Virus record (IMG/VR): IMGVR_UViG_3300026488_000238
Reading direction: 5' to 3' (one strand)
Source: an uncultured virus (IMG/VR IMGVR_UViG_3300026488_000238)
Taxonomy: Duplodnaviria > Heunggongvirae > Uroviricota > Caudoviricetes
Length of the DNA stretch: 20,000 nucleotides
Numbering within the stretch: the first letter of the stretch is position 1; each line of letters opens with the position of its first letter. Under the pieces are notes generated by a model that was given only the letters and a program-made list of their open reading frames with translations, did not search any database and was not told where the DNA came from. Shown here piece after piece: positions 17,675-20,000 of this stretch. The translations under genes and the position numbers were made by a program.

Positions 17675-18246
17675 TCGCTCAAAAAGCAAAAGAATTTTAT
17701 AAATTACCCGGCTCTCCTGAAACAGCGGAAAATGTTGTCAATGCAATCGAAAAATGTAAAGGGCAATGCTTAAACATTATATTGCAACAATTAGAGGCAC
17801 AAGAAGATTATTTGTCTATAACAATTGCGTTTATTTATTCTGCAGCAAGAAAATATGTTGACGAGGATAAACTAGAACAAATGCTTAAGGATTTTCTTAG
17901 TAGACATAAGGAAATTACTCATCAATGGATATTAACATACGAATTTATAATAAATGTATTGCAAAAGGTTAACGATATTACGATGAATAAAGAAATTAAA
18001 CAAATAGCTGAAATCGATCGGCAATTGTCTAAAATGCTATCAAATACAGATTATAGCATGTTTTATCATACATTGCTGCGTTTCTATCACAATCCCGATG
18101 TGCGTCAGCTGCGTGTAAATGAATCGTTGCCTTTGATAGTTAGTAATCAAACAATGTTAAAAGCCGCAAAGATTTTGACTAAAAATATTGAAGTCACAAA
18201 AGAAAATGCTATCAGTTTATTAAGGAATAAATTGTATAGCAAGTGA
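17662..18246 (+). CDS. Hypothetical alpha-helical protein, 194 aa
   Basis: Start reassigned from 17638 to ATG 17662, which follows SD GAGGTGA. Confidence 0.8.
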   Translation: MWAVIAQKAKEFYKLPGSPETAENVVNAIEKCKGQCLNIILQQLEAQEDYLSITIAFIYSAARKYVDEDKLEQMLKDFLSRHKEITHQWILTYEFIINVLQKVNDITMNKEIKQIAEIDRQLSKMLSNTDYSMFYHTLLRFYHNPDVRQLRVNESLPLIVSNQTMLKAAKILTKNIEVTKENAISLLRNKLYSK

Positions 18247-18302
18247 CGATATTCCGGTCTCTTATTATTTTAAATGATAGTATATTTTAACTGTATGATA
18301 AC

Positions 18303-18322
18303 ACCAGCTTAATAAAGCTGGT
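18303..18322. promoter_or_regulatory. Perfect 8-bp inverted repeat upstream of the pilin gene
   Basis: ACCAGCTT-AATA-AAGCTGGT, just after -10-like hexamers (TG-A-TAGTAT 18275..18283; TATGAT 18294..18299). No U tract follows, so not a classic intrinsic terminator. Confidence 0.5.
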
Positions 18323-18362
18323 AACAACAAAAAATCTATAACGAATGGGAGGTGCGTATTAC

Positions 18363-18902
18363 ATGCGCAAACATGGTTTTACACTTGTAGAGCTATTAGT
18401 AGTCTTAGCCGTTATTGCTATGCTCGCCGCTGCATTTGGCGGTTCTATTTATTCTTCTGTTATTGAAAAGACTCATTTGACAGCTGCCATTTCTTCTGCA
18501 GACACAATCGCAAAGGGATTGCAGACTTACTCACTCAACAATAGCAAATTTGATTTTGCAAGCGTTGACGAATTAAAGACAAAGCTTAAAAATCTTTATG
18601 CTGACTATGATGCAGTATGGCCTTGGGATAACACAAAGACAATGTTTGATATGATTTCTGGTATGTATATTCCATCTGATGATCCACAGTCTATCGCTGT
18701 TTGGTGGGCTCTTCCAAAGGCCGCTAACACAGTTGCAGCTCGTCAGAAAGATGCACAGACAGCTTGCTCCAGCGTAATTCCTGGTTTCACCAATCCTTCC
18801 GGTGCTACTGGCAATTACGTCCTTTACCTCAAAGTTTCCTCTAATCCTAACGCTGACGCAACACAGAGAAAGGTTATCGGTATTTGCAAGATAGGAGGAT
18901 AA
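18363..18902 (+). CDS. Type IV pilin (prepilin-type N-terminal cleavage/methylation domain), probably the major pilin, 179 aa
   Basis: MRKHG|FTLVELLVVLAVIAMLAAAF: short basic leader, G-1, F+1, E+5. C-terminal Cys pair (QTACSS...VIGICK). True start ATG 18363 lies 8 nt after GGAGGTG. Confidence 0.95.
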   Translation: MRKHGFTLVELLVVLAVIAMLAAAFGGSIYSSVIEKTHLTAAISSADTIAKGLQTYSLNNSKFDFASVDELKTKLKNLYADYDAVWPWDNTKTMFDMISGMYIPSDDPQSIAVWWALPKAANTVAARQKDAQTACSSVIPGFTNPSGATGNYVLYLKVSSNPNADATQRKVIGICKIGG

Positions 18903-18932
18903 TCTTCAAAAAATGCTTTTTTGTGCCTTTTT

Positions 18933-19316
18933 TTATTCTGCCACTTCTACAAGTTGCACATAGTAAACGCGCATTAAATTAGACAAATATCTATTAAGAG
19001 TTAGACGATCAATATTTTTATAAATACCAAACAGCACTACAACGCCCATTAAGATGCCAAATTTTAAACGGTTTTTCTCTTCTTCGGAAAGCTGTTCATT
19101 TGTAGCAATTGTGTTAAAAATAAGATTTGTGGCATAACTAATATCATCATAGTACTCTTCTAATTTATCTATAGAATTGCCACCATCTTGTAGCATGCGT
19201 GATAAGCCTACAACAGAGTTTTCTGTAAATATTTCATTAAATAGGCGAATAATTATTGGTTCTTTTCTATCAATAACTGCATCTATAAAAAATTCAATTT
19301 TTTTTCTAATGTCCAA
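18933..19316 (-). CDS. Hypothetical protein, 127 aa, with one hydrophobic segment
   Basis: TTG start after GGGGTGGTGA SD; hydrophobic FGILMGVVVLFGIY. Confidence 0.75.
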   Translation of the reverse strand: MDIRKKIEFFIDAVIDRKEPIIIRLFNEIFTENSVVGLSRMLQDGGNSIDKLEEYYDDISYATNLIFNTIATNEQLSEEEKNRLKFGILMGVVVLFGIYKNIDRLTLNRYLSNLMRVYYVQLVEVAE

Positions 19317-19333
19317 TATTCACCACCCCTTTC

Positions 19334-19606
19334 TTATCTAATTATACCATTTGAATTGTCTTCGTGCTGTTGATAAATTTCCATCAGATCTGTTGGCGGG
19401 TATTTGTGTTCTATAATATAACGCAAAAAACGCTTTAATTCATTAGCATATAATCCATCTGCTATAAAAACATGATTTTGTTTGTCTGTTTTCGTGTAGT
19501 AAGAAAACACAACCAATCTAGGCGGAATAAATCTAACTTTTTTAAAACACCAGGGGCAAGCTGCTGCCGCTTGTTGCCATAGTTTATGAGTTTCCGGGTC
19601 AATCAT
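19334..19606 (-). CDS. Hypothetical protein, 90 aa, single CxxC (CPWC)
   Basis: Start reassigned from 19624 to ATG 19606, which follows GGAGGTGAATAA. Confidence 0.7.
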   Translation of the reverse strand: MIDPETHKLWQQAAAACPWCFKKVRFIPPRLVVFSYYTKTDKQNHVFIADGLYANELKRFLRYIIEHKYPPTDLMEIYQQHEDNSNGIIR

Positions 19607-19610
19607 TGTC

Positions 19611-20000
19611 TTATTCACCTCCATTAAAAAAATAGTTGGTTACTTCTTTAACTCCTTTCAAGTAATCCTTTGGATATATAGGGATATTATACTCCTTATG
19701 ATAATGATCGATAACCACTATTTTGTTAAATTCAATATAATCTTTTTGAGTCCAATAATGCTGTAAAATAGCCTCTGCGCCTGAATTGAGAAATATGTTA
19801 TCAGAATGCAAAAAATAGCGCGCACTACCGATTAGCGTAAAAGGATCTTGGTGGTTTATGCCATATTCTACCCATTGGCGATAAAAGCTTTTGTATGCCG
19901 GCTCTAATTCTGGCTGATAATGAAAATAAGGCTCTAATAACAACAAAAGCGCTGTATAATTAACATAATAAGGCTTGGGATTATGAGTAGAAAGCCACAT
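19611..20000 (-). CDS. Hypothetical Tyr-rich protein, possibly 5'-truncated by the window edge
   Basis: ORF runs to the last base; ends in GGE*, which encodes the SD of the next gene, as elsewhere in the window. Confidence 0.7.
   Translation of the reverse strand: MWLSTHNPKPYYVNYTALLLLLEPYFHYQPELEPAYKSFYRQWVEYGINHQDPFTLIGSARYFLHSDNIFLNSGAEAILQHYWTQKDYIEFNKIVVIDHYHKEYNIPIYPKDYLKGVKEVTNYFFNGGE

Noticed and set aside
18303..18335. Intrinsic terminator upstream of the pilin
   Set aside because: The hairpin has no following U tract on either strand; kept only as a possible operator or RNA hairpin.
9372..18902. Tad/Flp pilus, Com pseudopilus or archaellum
   Set aside because: The pilin is 179 aa with a bacterial G|FTLVE leader (not a short Flp or archaeal type), and there are two ATPases rather than one.
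19334..19606. Thioredoxin/glutaredoxin call from CPWC
   Set aside because: The CxxC follows a helix-like WQQAAAA rather than a beta strand, and no other fold motif is recognisable.
1..20000. CRISPR array, IS element, integrase, oriT or alternative genetic code
   Set aside because: No spaced repeats, terminal inverted repeats or recombinase motifs were seen; intergenic gaps show no recognisable nic site; standard-code ORFs tile the window densely and TAA, TGA and TAG all end genes.

Overview
AT-rich (roughly one third GC by eye), densely coding bacterial-type DNA with very strong Shine-Dalgarno sites (GGAGGTGA and variants). From left to right: the 3' part of a coiled-coil gene; a minus-strand cluster of three complete CCA-encoding tRNAs (Ser-GCT, Thr-CGT, Pro-CGG); then, divergently, about 17.9 kb of co-oriented, mostly tightly coupled genes. 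This block contains a 1190-aa membrane-anchored VirD4/TraD/HerA-FtsK-superfamily ATPase followed by what looks like a very divergent type IV filament machine: PilM/PilN-like and PilO-like membrane proteins, a possible single-domain PilC/T2SSF-like platform, a PilT-like and a PilB-like ATPase (both with non-canonical motifs), three pseudopilin-like proteins lacking a prepilin leader, and one clear type IV pilin (G|FTLVE). About eight unrecognisable genes are interleaved, and three small convergent genes end the window. No housekeeping protein gene, relaxase, integrase, secretin or prepilin peptidase is recognisable. My best inference is a large mobile or extrachromosomal element (megaplasmid, large phage-like element or island) carrying a candidate new DNA-transfer system that pairs a coupling-type ATPase with a retractile pilus. 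All family calls come from motifs read by eye; no searches were run.
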